Positions 23,921 to 36,025 of a DNA stretch of 64,000 nt are shown in pieces. Position 1 is the stretch's first letter. Each line of letters begins with the position of its first letter. The DNA is from Geosiphon pyriformis uo1. Its lineage: Eukaryota; Fungi; Glomeromycota. The notes under the pieces were generated by a model, which worked only from the letters and a program-made list of their open reading frames with translations, was not told where the DNA came from and did no database searches. Where the stretch lies: assembly GCA_016748015.1 (NCBI GenBank), contig JAAOMT010000076.1:186001-250000 (forward strand), given 5' to 3'. A program made the translations under genes and the position numbers.

Positions 23921-25461
23921 CAGAAAAGAAAGCTTATAAACAGCATCAATAAAGAAATTTATATATAAAAGCAATTTGATGGCGAGAAATAAGATATTTT
24001 AACATCATGAGTGCTGCCTTAGCTCCGCCGACTTTAAACAAAAGTAGGCAAATAAGGAAGAAAAATTAAACCAACGACCGAAATCCTTGAGAATTTTTTA
24101 GTTAGAACCCATTATACTGAGATATTTGAATCAAAAGTGATTGGTGCATTTTCTATCAATTATCCTGAAGAAGCCAGACCAAATCCCACAACTATAATTA
24201 AGACGGGAGGCATTACTCATGGATTCGTAGCAGCAATTCATCAAGCGTATAACCTTCATCAACATCGTCGTATTTCACCTGATAATGTTTGGCTGACAAT
24301 TGTTCAAGGTGTAAGCCAACATATTAATTTGAATGCTGAAAAATTCCGTAGTTATTTTGTAAATCATGAAGGAGAAAAAAATATCATAGTTTTCGCGGCT
24401 GATGAATCGGCTTACTCAAAAAGTTGGCGAGAACGTGACAAAGATTGAGTTAACAGGAACCTTAGAATGTAACTTTTTAACTAGTACTTCGGTTTCTACT
24501 ACCGCAAGCAAAATAATTTTGTTAAATGCTATGAAAAAATATTTCAAGTATCATGTGTGGACTTATTGTGGAATTCCTAAAGTCACTCTTGAGGGAACTC
24601 TCGAAGATTGGGAAAACCTTCAAAAAAAAGTGGTTAAACTTCGTGAGCTTTCCCTCGACATGGATTTTTGGTTAGATAGGTTGGAACCGGTAGTTTGGCA
24701 GCTCGTTGTGACGTACCGTAGTGATATTGACGAGAAATTTTGGAGTAAAGTTTTAATGAGTTGTGGTGGTGGAACAGGAGTAACCGGTTTCGTGGGATGG
24801 CTGGATTGCGGGGTTTTTCCCATATAAAAAAAGTGGTGATAAAATACTCAAGAATAGCATTGTCACAAGGAAATACCTGATGGTATGGTAAATGTTCTAT
24901 TTGATACCGATATTGATAAGAAACTCCAATTCTCGATCGGTTTTTTGGAAGCTCATCAAACCACCATTGGTGAAGGAGCTACTGAGGTATTTATTTCCCC
25001 CGTTATTGGATGGTTTGTAGTTGATCAATAATCGAAGAAACTCATGTGTTCAAGTAAAATTAGTTTAATTTTATGCTTGGTAGAAACATAGAATCTTGAG
25101 GTATTATCAATTTCAGTTAGTTGATTGTAGCTAAATAATTCTTTTATAAATTCCTATCTTACTTTTATATAATAAAGTGGATAGCTATTTAAATTATATA
25201 ATGAAATTGTAAGCTAGTTAACCTTAAGAGAAATAAGCATCAAGTTAGGTAAAATCTTTTAAAAAGAATATTCTTTTTTTAGCATACCGAATTATCCATA
25301 GCATGAAAAATCTTAAAACTCAAATGCCCCACCAATTATAGTGCCAAAAGATCATGTAAGAAAATAAAAATTAGTGGGTATAATACAAATTCTTTTTTGT
25401 TTTAAAGAACCTTACAAGGACTTTTCAAGCGGTAAAAAAGTAGCAGATGAATCCAACCTAT
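23240..25461 (+). repeat. Direct segmental duplication of ~7920-10113 (promoter + DUF4419 gene + 3' flank)
   Basis: Shared 5' flank, coding sequence and 3' flank, ending at tttcaagcggtaaaaaagtagc...ccaacctata in both copies. Confidence 0.92.
24007..25031 (+). pseudogene. DUF4419-family pseudogene (copy 3, recent duplicate of 8677-9735)
   Basis: Very similar to the intact copy. Differences: 21-bp extra 5' segment (SAALAPP), 2-bp deletion at ~24054, 50-bp deletion at ~24404 (equivalent to 9056-9105), 1-bp insertion at ~24782 and 1-bp deletion at ~24867. Ends GATCAATAA at 25031. Confidence 0.93.
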
Positions 25462-26666
25462 AGGGGTTTTTTTAAATAATAAATACAAATTTTTATATAG
25501 AAATTGTTTATATTTACATATTTAAAATAAGACAAATATTAAAAAACAGATGATGGGTTCAACAAAATAACAATCCCAAACATATAAGTTAATAAGCCAA
25601 AAAAATATCTTAAAAAAAATATTTCTATATTAATAAAACAGTATTATAAAATATTATACTAATTATTTATAATAAAATTAATGTGTTTTTTATTAAGTAT
25701 TATTTTTTTAAAAAAACAAAACTTGTTCTGTTTTAATATATGCTTTTATCTAATTAAAAAATTGGGCTAAAATAATTTAGAAATTAAAGCAATATATATT
25801 TAGTATATTTTTTAATTTTATAGTTAATAACTAAAAAATTTTTTTGTTTTAATACTTGCTGTTTTTTCAAAATTTAAATTATATGAAAATTGTATTTTAA
25901 TTATTATTTTTTTCAAGCGGGTTTTTAAAAACAATATTAAGCTGTTTTGTATAAAATGTGCATTTTATAAATTCTTGAATATTGTTATTAAAATTGAACT
26001 TGGTAAATTAAGTTTTGTAAAAAAAACAGTATTAAGATTTTTTCTGAAATAAAAAATTCATAAATTTGTTGTTTGTTAAATCTTGTTTTATTTAAAAGAT
26101 ATAAAAAGTTTTAGAATTTATAAATAGTTGTATAATATAAATTTAAATAATAGTAACAAAATTTTGTGATAATATGATATTAAGTCTAGTTTAGATAGTT
26201 TTGATTGACATGGTGGTTAATTATATATAAAAACAACATTTATTTTATTATTGGTTATTTTTTAAATGCATATTTTTTTTCAAGTATATAAATATAGTTG
26301 ATTTCAAAAATATGTAGTTATAGAAATACTATTGTATTTAAATAATACAGCCAAATTTTAATTTATATTTATTTTAATAAATATATTATTGTAATTAAAA
26401 AAAATTTACTGCTGGCTGTTGTTAATGGTTGCTTGTTAGCTATTTTATTTTTTGGTTATATTTAAAAAATGGTGTTTTTATTGATAGTTAAAACAATTTT
26501 AGAACTGGCTCTAATGTTTTTATCATTGAATAGGCTTATTTAATTATTGCTTTTATAGTTATATTAAGAAAAAAAGTGATTACTTTCTTTTCTCTGGTTG
26601 TAAATATAAAATCTACAAAATTAAGAAAAAAATACAAATTATAATTAAATCTTTTCTAAAGTTTTG

Positions 26667-26697
<31 letters not shown>

Positions 26698-28831
26698 TAA
26701 TATATAGTTTTTTGAGAAACTAAAAAATTCAAGTTATTCAATATGTATGTTTAATAAACGTTTTGACAAAAATAAAAATTATTAATTATAAAACAAATCA
26801 ACGATAAAAATAAAAATCTAATAAACAACTTTTTTAATCAAATGTAGATTACAAACACATCTTTAGACTTTTGATCAAAGATAATTTCCAATAATCAAAT
26901 GATCTAGAAAAGTGGTTAATTTTTTTTAAAAATAGATGTTTTTAGTGGTGGTTTATTTATTTAAATTTCAAAAGGTAAGCAATTTCCTATTTTATAAACA
27001 TTATTTTTCGAGAAAAGAAATTGACATGAAAAGTTTATTTTATTTTTTTAATTGTTTTTTTTTTCGGAAAATAAAACGGAATAAAATTTTCCGAACTATT
27101 ATGCTTTTTCTCGGATCTCATGATAAGATTCTTTCCCAGCCAATTTCTTTATGTGAAATATCAATAATTCTTTGGTATTGGAAATTAACAAATCATCCGT
27201 TTTTTTTTTTTTGATGTATTAATTTATATGAAATCTAAGAATGAAAAAAATTTTATGTTTTCAATCGATAAAAGAAAAAAAAAGGACCGGAATAAAATGT
27301 TTTCCTCCAAATTGTCTTTTGGATCGAGAAAAAAAAAGTTTACTTTAGTATCTGGATTTGTACGATACTAATTGATATTTTAAATTTCAGTGAAACAAAG
27401 GGTTTCAAACAAAAAAAGATTAATTTATTTAAGAAGAAAAAATATTTTCCCGATTCATAAACTTTTTATATATCACTTTTACCAATAATAATAAAAAATC
27501 GATTGAATCCTATAAAACTTTATGATGATGATAATGATGATGATAGCAATCAATCATGATTTGATGGATAATGAGTGGTAAGTTAGGTTAAAATTTATGC
27601 CGAGAAAAAGAAAGGCAAGGAAAATAATTTACTATTTTAAAGCAAATTTGTGGCTTCGCAAGTTAAGTCGCGGAAAAATTATTATAAAAAAAAAATTCTC
27701 ATTATTTCAATCCTAATTAAGCGGAGGCTCAACTGTATCGAAACAGTTTTTTTCATTAATTAAAAAAAAAGTGTTAACATACACAGTAATATCTTGATAT
27801 TTATATCACATTGTTTTATATATAAGATTATTATTTGTAGGTAAAAAAAATTAATTGAAAGAAAGGTCAAAGATTCGAACCATTTTTTTTGTAAATCCAA
27901 ATGTATAATTTATTTTTTAAATAAATTAAACTTTTATATTATAATTTTTTTCTTAAAATAAATTAAGCATTTGATTAAGAAACAATTCCTTTACAAAATT
28001 TTTTTAAAAAATTTAAATTTCATTTTAAAAAAACTAACAGAAATTGATTTTCATAATTCTTTTAAAAGCATTTTCTAAATTTAAAGAATGTTTTTTTAAA
28101 GTAATATGAATTTTTGAAATTAAATGGTAAAAATCGATATAATTTTTTTAAATCTTTTAAATGTAAAATTCCGGAAAATTTAAAACCTTTTATTGATTAG
28201 AATAAATTTTTTAAAAGTTTAATTATTAAGCCACAATTATACATAAGTAGGCTTTTGTAACTTTTAACCACATTTTAAGTTAATCTGTGACACCGCAAGT
28301 ATTAGAATTGTGAGATTATGTAAATTCTATGGTAACCTAATATCAGCTCTTAAATAGGTTGGAAATTCTTTATGATCTGAATATAATAGACATTTCCGAA
28401 TTTTGGAAAAGTGGGATCACATGTTTGAACCATAGTTAAAGAAGAGTGATTCGGATAACCTTGAAAATCTTTATCCGCGCCTTACGACCAAGTATGGCAA
28501 TTAAAAAATCCAGTTTTAATGAAATGTTACATTCTCTAATGCCATGATCTACTACAATAACTACTTAAAATCAATATGCCTGCCTAAGGATATTTATATG
28601 ATTTTGTATTTATATGCAGCACCCCATAGAGGCGTCAAAGGTGTACTCTTTTAAAATTTCTAATCTCTTTCACATTCCCTTTTTTATCCTAGATCTAGTA
28701 TGTTCGAGTCACAATGCTTGAAGATTTTTTGCTTCAGAAAAGCTATTGACCCGCTTTTTCACTGTAGACCAAAGAAAGTCAACAATTTACAGTATAATCA
28801 GAATTATGAGATTTTAAAGTGGTAATGATAA

Positions 28832-28880
28832 GAATAAGAATAATGTCTATAATAATAATAATAATAATAAGAATAATGTC

Positions 28881-28947
<67 letters not shown>

Positions 28948-28949
28948 TC

Positions 28950-28989
<40 letters not shown>

Positions 28990-28991
28990 TC

Positions 28992-29037
<46 letters not shown>

Positions 29038-29038
29038 T
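28832..29038. repeat. Compound (ATA)n microsatellite with recurring ATGTCT interruptions
   Basis: Four atgtct units separated by (ata)n tracts of different length. Confidence 0.95.
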
Positions 29039-30599
29039 AAGAATGATATATAGTAATAATAATAATAGTCCCTTTGTGATATAATAAAATGTTTTTAAGG
29101 TCGTAATTTTAGTTTAGAGGGTGATAAAACGTTTTTAATTCCAATTTTCAAGATATAAATAAAAAAAAGAGTCCTAGTTACATGTTTATAATACATTCAA
29201 TTTCTTATTTTCATATCATGATACCAAAAAAGACATGTGCATTTGCAGTTTTAGATTTTTTTCAATAAAGATCTTCCTTGGTTGTGCATTAATTCAAAAA
29301 AGATTACAGGCCAAATTTAGCATCTATCAACCAAAGCATTTTAACTTGTCACAATATTTATGGGGGTGAGGAGGAGGAGGAGGGTTTATTGAAAAGAAAC
29401 ATGAGCATTTTTCATAATTAGAAATCATCTATACTATTATTGGTCTAACAATGAATTTTCTGGCGTACATTTTTCCCGAAAAAAAAATCAACCATTTTTT
29501 TAAGATCAATTATTGATACAAGTAAATTTATAAATAGATCATTTAAAAAAGGTTAGATTTTGATTGGTACGATAAATTTATGCAGATACATTATTAATTG
29601 TATAATTTATTATCAGTAATGAGTCATCGTAAAAAGATTTATGATGCATATTTTTTCCGGAATTAGTTTAATGCATTGCTCTCTTTTTAAAATGAACCTT
29701 TCTTCAGAATAATTTGGTCAGTATGAATCATGAAATTTCGAAATATAAGGTTAAATACTTTTTATAGACTCATGATTACTTAAAAAAAAAAACTGGTTAC
29801 AAGATAAGAAAGTGAATTTGTCATTCGCAGCGAATCTTTTTATCGATAACTCATTAATCTATTGATTGATGAATAAAATATTTTTTCGAAAAAAAAATTA
29901 AAAATAAGCAATCACCCATCTGATAATCAACAAGAAATCAAAAGTGATCTTCAACACAAATTTTCCAATTAAAGACACAATCGTATTTAAGCCTCATATT
30001 TCATATGAATTATCGTCATATTTTTAAGCTTATTGAGGCCAAGCTTTTTTTACAAGCCATTTGAAATGAGTTCTGGTGTCAAAAGGTTAAATTAGAGATT
30101 GAAATAGAGAGATTCATTTTCGGCTGTATTTGTAATTAACTGATTGAAAATTAATTTTTTAATAAATAAATAAATAAAAAAAAGATATATAATATTCAAA
30201 AGTGAGTGGTGGTGATCTCTCTCTCTCTGGTAATTTTCTATGTGAGTGGTCTTCTTTTCAGTTGAAAATGTATTAGACAAGTCGCGAACTACCCCCAATG
30301 GCGAGTTTTTTTTTGAAATACAATGGAAATTATCTACTGTTGTAATCATATTTTAAGGAATTTCAACTTTTTCGAATCAATTAATATCAGATCATCCCAG
30401 TAGTTTTTCGATAGTTCAATAAAGTGAAATCTATTTGGCGCTTATGTAAATAATGAAAAAGAGCAAATTAAAAAAAAAAAGCTTTTCGTTTGACACATTG
30501 AAACCCTACCTCCGAATATCAGCAAGTTTTTACACGCTTTCTACTCTAAAAATTGTTACAATTTCATCTATTTTAAAATAATAATAATAATAAGAAGAA

Positions 30600-30662
<63 letters not shown>

Positions 30663-31294
30663 TAATAGTAATAATAATTAAAAAAAAAAAGAATAATCCA
30701 TTAAAGATATATCAAACAAAAGATTTAATTTGTCTATATTCAAAGAGAATCGAAATGAAATCTTGACTTCAGAATCGGCTGGTGAAGATAAAGTTTTCAT
30801 TTGATTTAAGCATTAGCCTATCATTGATGCAACAAGAGAAAATCCATGTTAAACATTTAAAAATGATTGGCTAATCAACAAAAGATAACAAATAGCTAAA
30901 AAGAATTAATGGGTAATCAATTATAATCTTTTTGGCTCTTCCAATCCAAGTTAGACTATTGGCCTAATATAGATAATCGATTTCAAAGGACACCTGAAAT
31001 TTGTCTACGCCCGGTAGAACTTTTGATATAAAGAAATTTATCATTTTAAACTTGGCTATCTTTTTTTTTGTGACGTCATTAAAAATTGATGATCCTTTTA
31101 CATGGGATTAATGGATGGATTGATTGGTATAGCTTTGAGCATAAATTAATAACCAAAAAAAAAAAAGAGCTGAACTTTTGAATACGTTGATTTCTGTATG
31201 ATTAAAAAAATATTGAAAATCAAACCATCTTTAAAGATACCATTTATAACAAGTACCCATTAACAAATAATGATTACCCAATGATTCACATCAA

Positions 31295-31342
<48 letters not shown>

Positions 31343-31658
31343 ATTAGCAAATAAAAGCCTATTTTTAATCTGTGTGTGATAATTTGACGATAAGGTTGAG
31401 AAGAAGCAGATTGATACATAAATATTTATCATAATGAAGGGAATCTTGGAATGTATTTTTAGTAAAATGGATGTGTTGGGTTTATAAAATAGATCAAGTA
31501 AAATGATTTTTAGGTAAACTTATCTAATTTCAAAAAAAAAAGATTAAAATATTATACTTTGACTAAATTTTTAATAGAATATTTTCTTTTTGACCTAATT
31601 TTTTTTAGAAAACTAGTGGTTTATATTAATTTATAATTTTTTTTATACCATATTTGAA

Positions 31659-31691
<33 letters not shown>

Positions 31692-33128
31692 ATCGAATAA
31701 AACAATGAATTTTCTTTTTTTCTCAAATCTATTTTTTTAGTTTAATAAAATTCAACTCTTAAAGTAATTTTTGTCGGGTAAATATTTTATCTCCTCAATA
31801 AGATAGATTTTGGGAGAGATACATGTACCTCGGTTATGTTGATCAGGTTCCTGGTGTTTTTTTTTTACCAAAAAGTCTAGTAGTCGGTTTCATTTATAAG
31901 CTTAAAATCATAAAAAAACTCAGAAGATTCGAAAACCAGTATTTTCCCGAGTATTCATGAGATTTTTATGCTCATATCTTTAATTAATCTTAACACACAT
32001 TCCCTATATGATCGATCAATCAATCATCTTTCACAAATTTGAAATTTAAAAAAAGCCTGTTTTAATTGATTATCATAAAAGGACAAAAGGCTTGGCGTTT
32101 GCTTAGACTTTGGGTTCGTCAACAAATTCAAAAATCTATTTTCAAGAAGTTTGCAATTCAACAAGGTATGAATCACAGTTAGCGGCATTGTACAATCATT
32201 AAGAGATCTACATTTCCCCGAAAGTTCTATGGAAAATTGATCAAAATGGATCTGCATACCATTCAATAAGGTGCTTATTCGATTAGCGTGTGGCTTTGCT
32301 ATTTACATGTATTGATTGATTGATCGAACGAACGAACGAACGAACGAACGAATGAACCAAAGGATGATCTGGAAGTGAATTTATTGCTGCTTCTAAAAAA
32401 AAAAAAAAAAAAAGCTAGGTTTTTTTTTTATATCAATAATTGGACAAATTTTTTAGAATGTCTAATAAATTTTTAAAAAGAAAGATTAATTCGGATAATC
32501 TTTAATTTAATGACTGTTTTAGGGCCATCTTTATTATTGATTCAGGGCAAAAAAGATCTCAAATATGTGAAACAATACAATTTGTACATGTAATTAAAAA
32601 AAAAAAAAAAAGTGTACATTAAAGAAAATGGGGGACGGGGGTAATGTGATGAATAGTATCTCAAATAAATGTATCAGAACTGTATGATTAACAAAAGTGC
32701 ATAAGATTTTCCTGAAAAAGATCCACATTACTCCATTCAGGTAATTTAGAGTGCATCAATGTTAAAAAAGTCTTCTTGGAATTGTATTGTTCCTTTTCAT
32801 TTTCCGTGATTTGCCGGTTTGACAAGCTTTGATTAGAAATGAAAAATACAATTTCCGATATTTGTAGGAGAGTAACTCAAGATCATTTCCTAATACCAAC
32901 AATTTCTTGACCTTTTCTTGCCTTACGGCCGCCCACTTGATTATTACAGTTTTTTTGTTTTTTTAAAACCAGCTGCTGTATATGTAATACAAAGATTTTC
33001 TTTTTACTTACTTTTAATGTCTACAATTCTCCACAATTTAATATTTCTATATTAGGAAGAAGCCTGAAATTGGTAATTGAAGGTATACACCGGATAAAAT
33101 TATGGATAGAAAAGTGTTAGTCTTTATG

Positions 33129-33166
33129 AGGGGAGGGGAGGGGAGGGGAGGGGAGAGGAGGGGAGG
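33129..33166 (+). repeat. (GGGGA)n purine tract
   Basis: aggggaggggaggggaggggaggggagaggaggggagg seen directly. Confidence 0.9.
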
Positions 33167-33587
33167 TTTACTTTTTTATCGGAAATTTTTTCTTTGAGTT
33201 GATAACCAAAATTTTTAAAAGAAACCGAAGATTTTCCAAAGCTAGTAAATATTAAATATGAAATAAACAGATATGCATCATTATATATTTAAAAATAATT
33301 TTTAAAAGAGAAAAAGAAATGTTTATAAATATTTTTCGAAAAAAAATTTGAAAATCTTGTTTTTTTTTTTTATTTTCCATTATCAATAATTTATATATTA
33401 GTAAACCTAGAATATTTAAGTACAATATCATGTATTATTATTGATTAAATTGAAGATGGCAATATAGACTGAAACTAAAAATTTTTTCTAAAGACAAAAG
33501 AACAATATTTAAAAAAATATATTATAATTTTTTTTGGGACTTTCAAAGCTTAAAAAGATTTTACCGCGGATACCCGAGAATTCTTTT

Positions 33588-33800
33588 AATCATATAGTAT
33601 AATCAATCATTCTTTCAATCGTATAGTATAACCAATCATCAATCTTTCTTTCAATCATATAGTATAACCAATCATCAATCTTTCTTTCAATCGTATAGTA
33701 TAACCAATCATCAATCATTCTTTCAATCGTATAGTATAATCAATCTTTCTTTCAATCGTACAAATATAACCGAGCATTCTTTCAATCGTACAATATAACA
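33588..33800. repeat. Minisatellite, ~7 units of 29-36 bp (AATCRTATAGTATAAYCAATC[ATCAATC]WTTCTTTC)
   Basis: Tandem units are visible directly, and the last two degenerate. Confidence 0.92.
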
Positions 33801-34062
33801 ATATCTACATTAGCCATTCTTTGTCAATGATCATTTTTAGTAAAAAATATGCTTTTTTACATTCCCGATTTGCTTTACATGATGCATCTTTTTTCGAAAA
33901 AAAATATTGAATCATCTTTGTAATAACAAATGAAAATCTAAAAAAACTATTTGTAAATTAGGTTATTGGGCGCTATTTGGTTGAATTTTTAAAAAAAGTA
34001 TATTGAGTAATTAAAAATTTTTAAGAGATGGTTAGACTATTACTATTCATTACTTTAAACAA

Positions 34063-34094
<32 letters not shown>

Positions 34095-34805
34095 ATACAC
34101 ACACACGCACAAAAACGCCTTCAAGTTTGCTTTTCGTCGAAATCATACAACCGTTAAAATTTTAATCATAAAAATACCTAAAAATCCAAGAATGCTAATT
34201 TATTTTCTTTTGCAGATGTTGTGACCAATTTAAAGGTAACACATCTAACATTTACCCCGCAAAAAGTCATATGGTCACTAAATAAGTTTTGTGGATTAGT
34301 TCTTAAAAAGAAACAACTTTTCCCCACAAAAATAATTTCCTTTTTAAATTAAAAAGTTTTAGAAATCTTCAAACACTGTTAATTTTTGTTCAGTGAAAAA
34401 AACAAAAACAAAAACAAAAGAAGAATGTTAGGCAAAGAGAGATTATACTGAAAATAATTGTAATGAGAGAGAAAGAAAAAAGTTTTAAAAAAAAAGATTT
34501 TATTTAATAAAGTCATCGTATGACTAGCTGATCGCTTAACGATAGGTTTATCAGCCCTTTATAACCTGTGACTACTACCTTTGCCCATTAAAAGTACGCG
34601 TGCATAAAAAGGTCTCTTAATTATGAAAAATGTGTGAGATTCGGGCATTTTGAATATGTCCTTATATTGTCATACGTTTTACGATCCCAACTACAACTTT
34701 AAAACTTGACCCCAAAAAATATTCCTTTTTCATTTTTTTGTGTTCATAACAAAAATATTGTGTTTGTTTGTTTTTTGATTTCCAAAAACTGTAAAGCATT
34801 TTATT

Positions 34806-34806
<1 letters not shown>

Positions 34807-34878
<72 letters not shown>

Positions 34879-34931
34879 CATTATTATCATTATTATTATC
34901 ATTATCATTATTATTATCATTATAATTATCA

Positions 34932-34985
<54 letters not shown>
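34807..34985. repeat. (ATT)n/(ATC) microsatellite
   Basis: Seen directly. Similar (AAT)n tracts occur at ~20068-20140, 30578-30678, 45584-45626, 46636-46694 and 61138-61223. Confidence 0.95.
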
Positions 34986-34986
<1 letters not shown>

Positions 34987-35985
34987 ATTTTTTGTGGGGA
35001 TGATTTTTTGAGATATCACATCTGATTTTTGCCATCCTTTTTTTTGGGGGGGCTATATCTGGAAAATTCTGTCCCTCAGTTTCTGAGAATTACATTAAAT
35101 TTCCGAAAAGCCCCCATTTTATTTGTAAATTCAAAAAAATGAGCCCAGACTTATTAGTATAGTTAAAAAAAAACCGGAATGAAGCATCTTTTAAAAATCT
35201 TTCCACGCACGGATACTTGATATATTTTTATTGGAGTAACAAAAATAGGGAGCGACAAAAACTATGACCAGAACACATTTCGTTGGCTGATTAATCTTTC
35301 ACATATCCACCTTTGGGCTACATATTTCAATGGAGAAAGTTAAAACCTTAAAATACAAGAAGATCAATCACGAAAAAAAAACATTCGGGTCACTCTACAA
35401 TGAATTAATTACGTTCTTATACCCCGCAAAATATAATTTCCATGTTTGAGAATCAAACGATGGTTTAATTTGTCCTTTTAAAAAAAGATGTTTTCACAAT
35501 CTATAAATAGTAGGCTTTTATTTTTGTAAGACAACTGTTCTTTGGGATACAGGTGACTTTTTTTTAAAAAAAATAGCTCCTGAAATTTTTTGAATAAAAA
35601 GAAATTAACCAAAAAAAAATTTTTTAATTCTATTATTTATAAGCTTCAAAATAAAAAATTAATGCAATTTCAATTTTGAATTGAATGTAAACTCAAAATT
35701 TAATTTGTATTAAGCTTCTTGTGTATTTTTCTTTTATCATTTAGTTTTCGCTATATATATGCTTTAATAATAAGAAAGTTTTAAATAATTAATTTTAATA
35801 TAAACTCATTGAATTCATTAATTAATAAATAAACTTGATTATTAGTGAAAATAATAAAAAAAAATATTTTTTTTTTTAAAATTATCGTTAAATACAATTA
35901 TTTTTCAAATTGTTCCATTTTTAAAACTTGTTACTAAATATAGACTAACCAAATAAAATCTAATAATATTAAAAATTATATGCTA

Positions 35986-36025
<40 letters not shown>

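Noticed and set aside
33588-33800. CRISPR-like array
   Set aside because: The units are contiguous with no unique spacers, and the context is eukaryotic; it is a minisatellite.
28819-35035. Poly-I/N/Y ORFs (28819-29040, 34706-35035) and similar ORFs at 19991, 44080-44340, 48822 and 51020-51379
   Set aside because: Translations of microsatellites or homopolymers, not genes.
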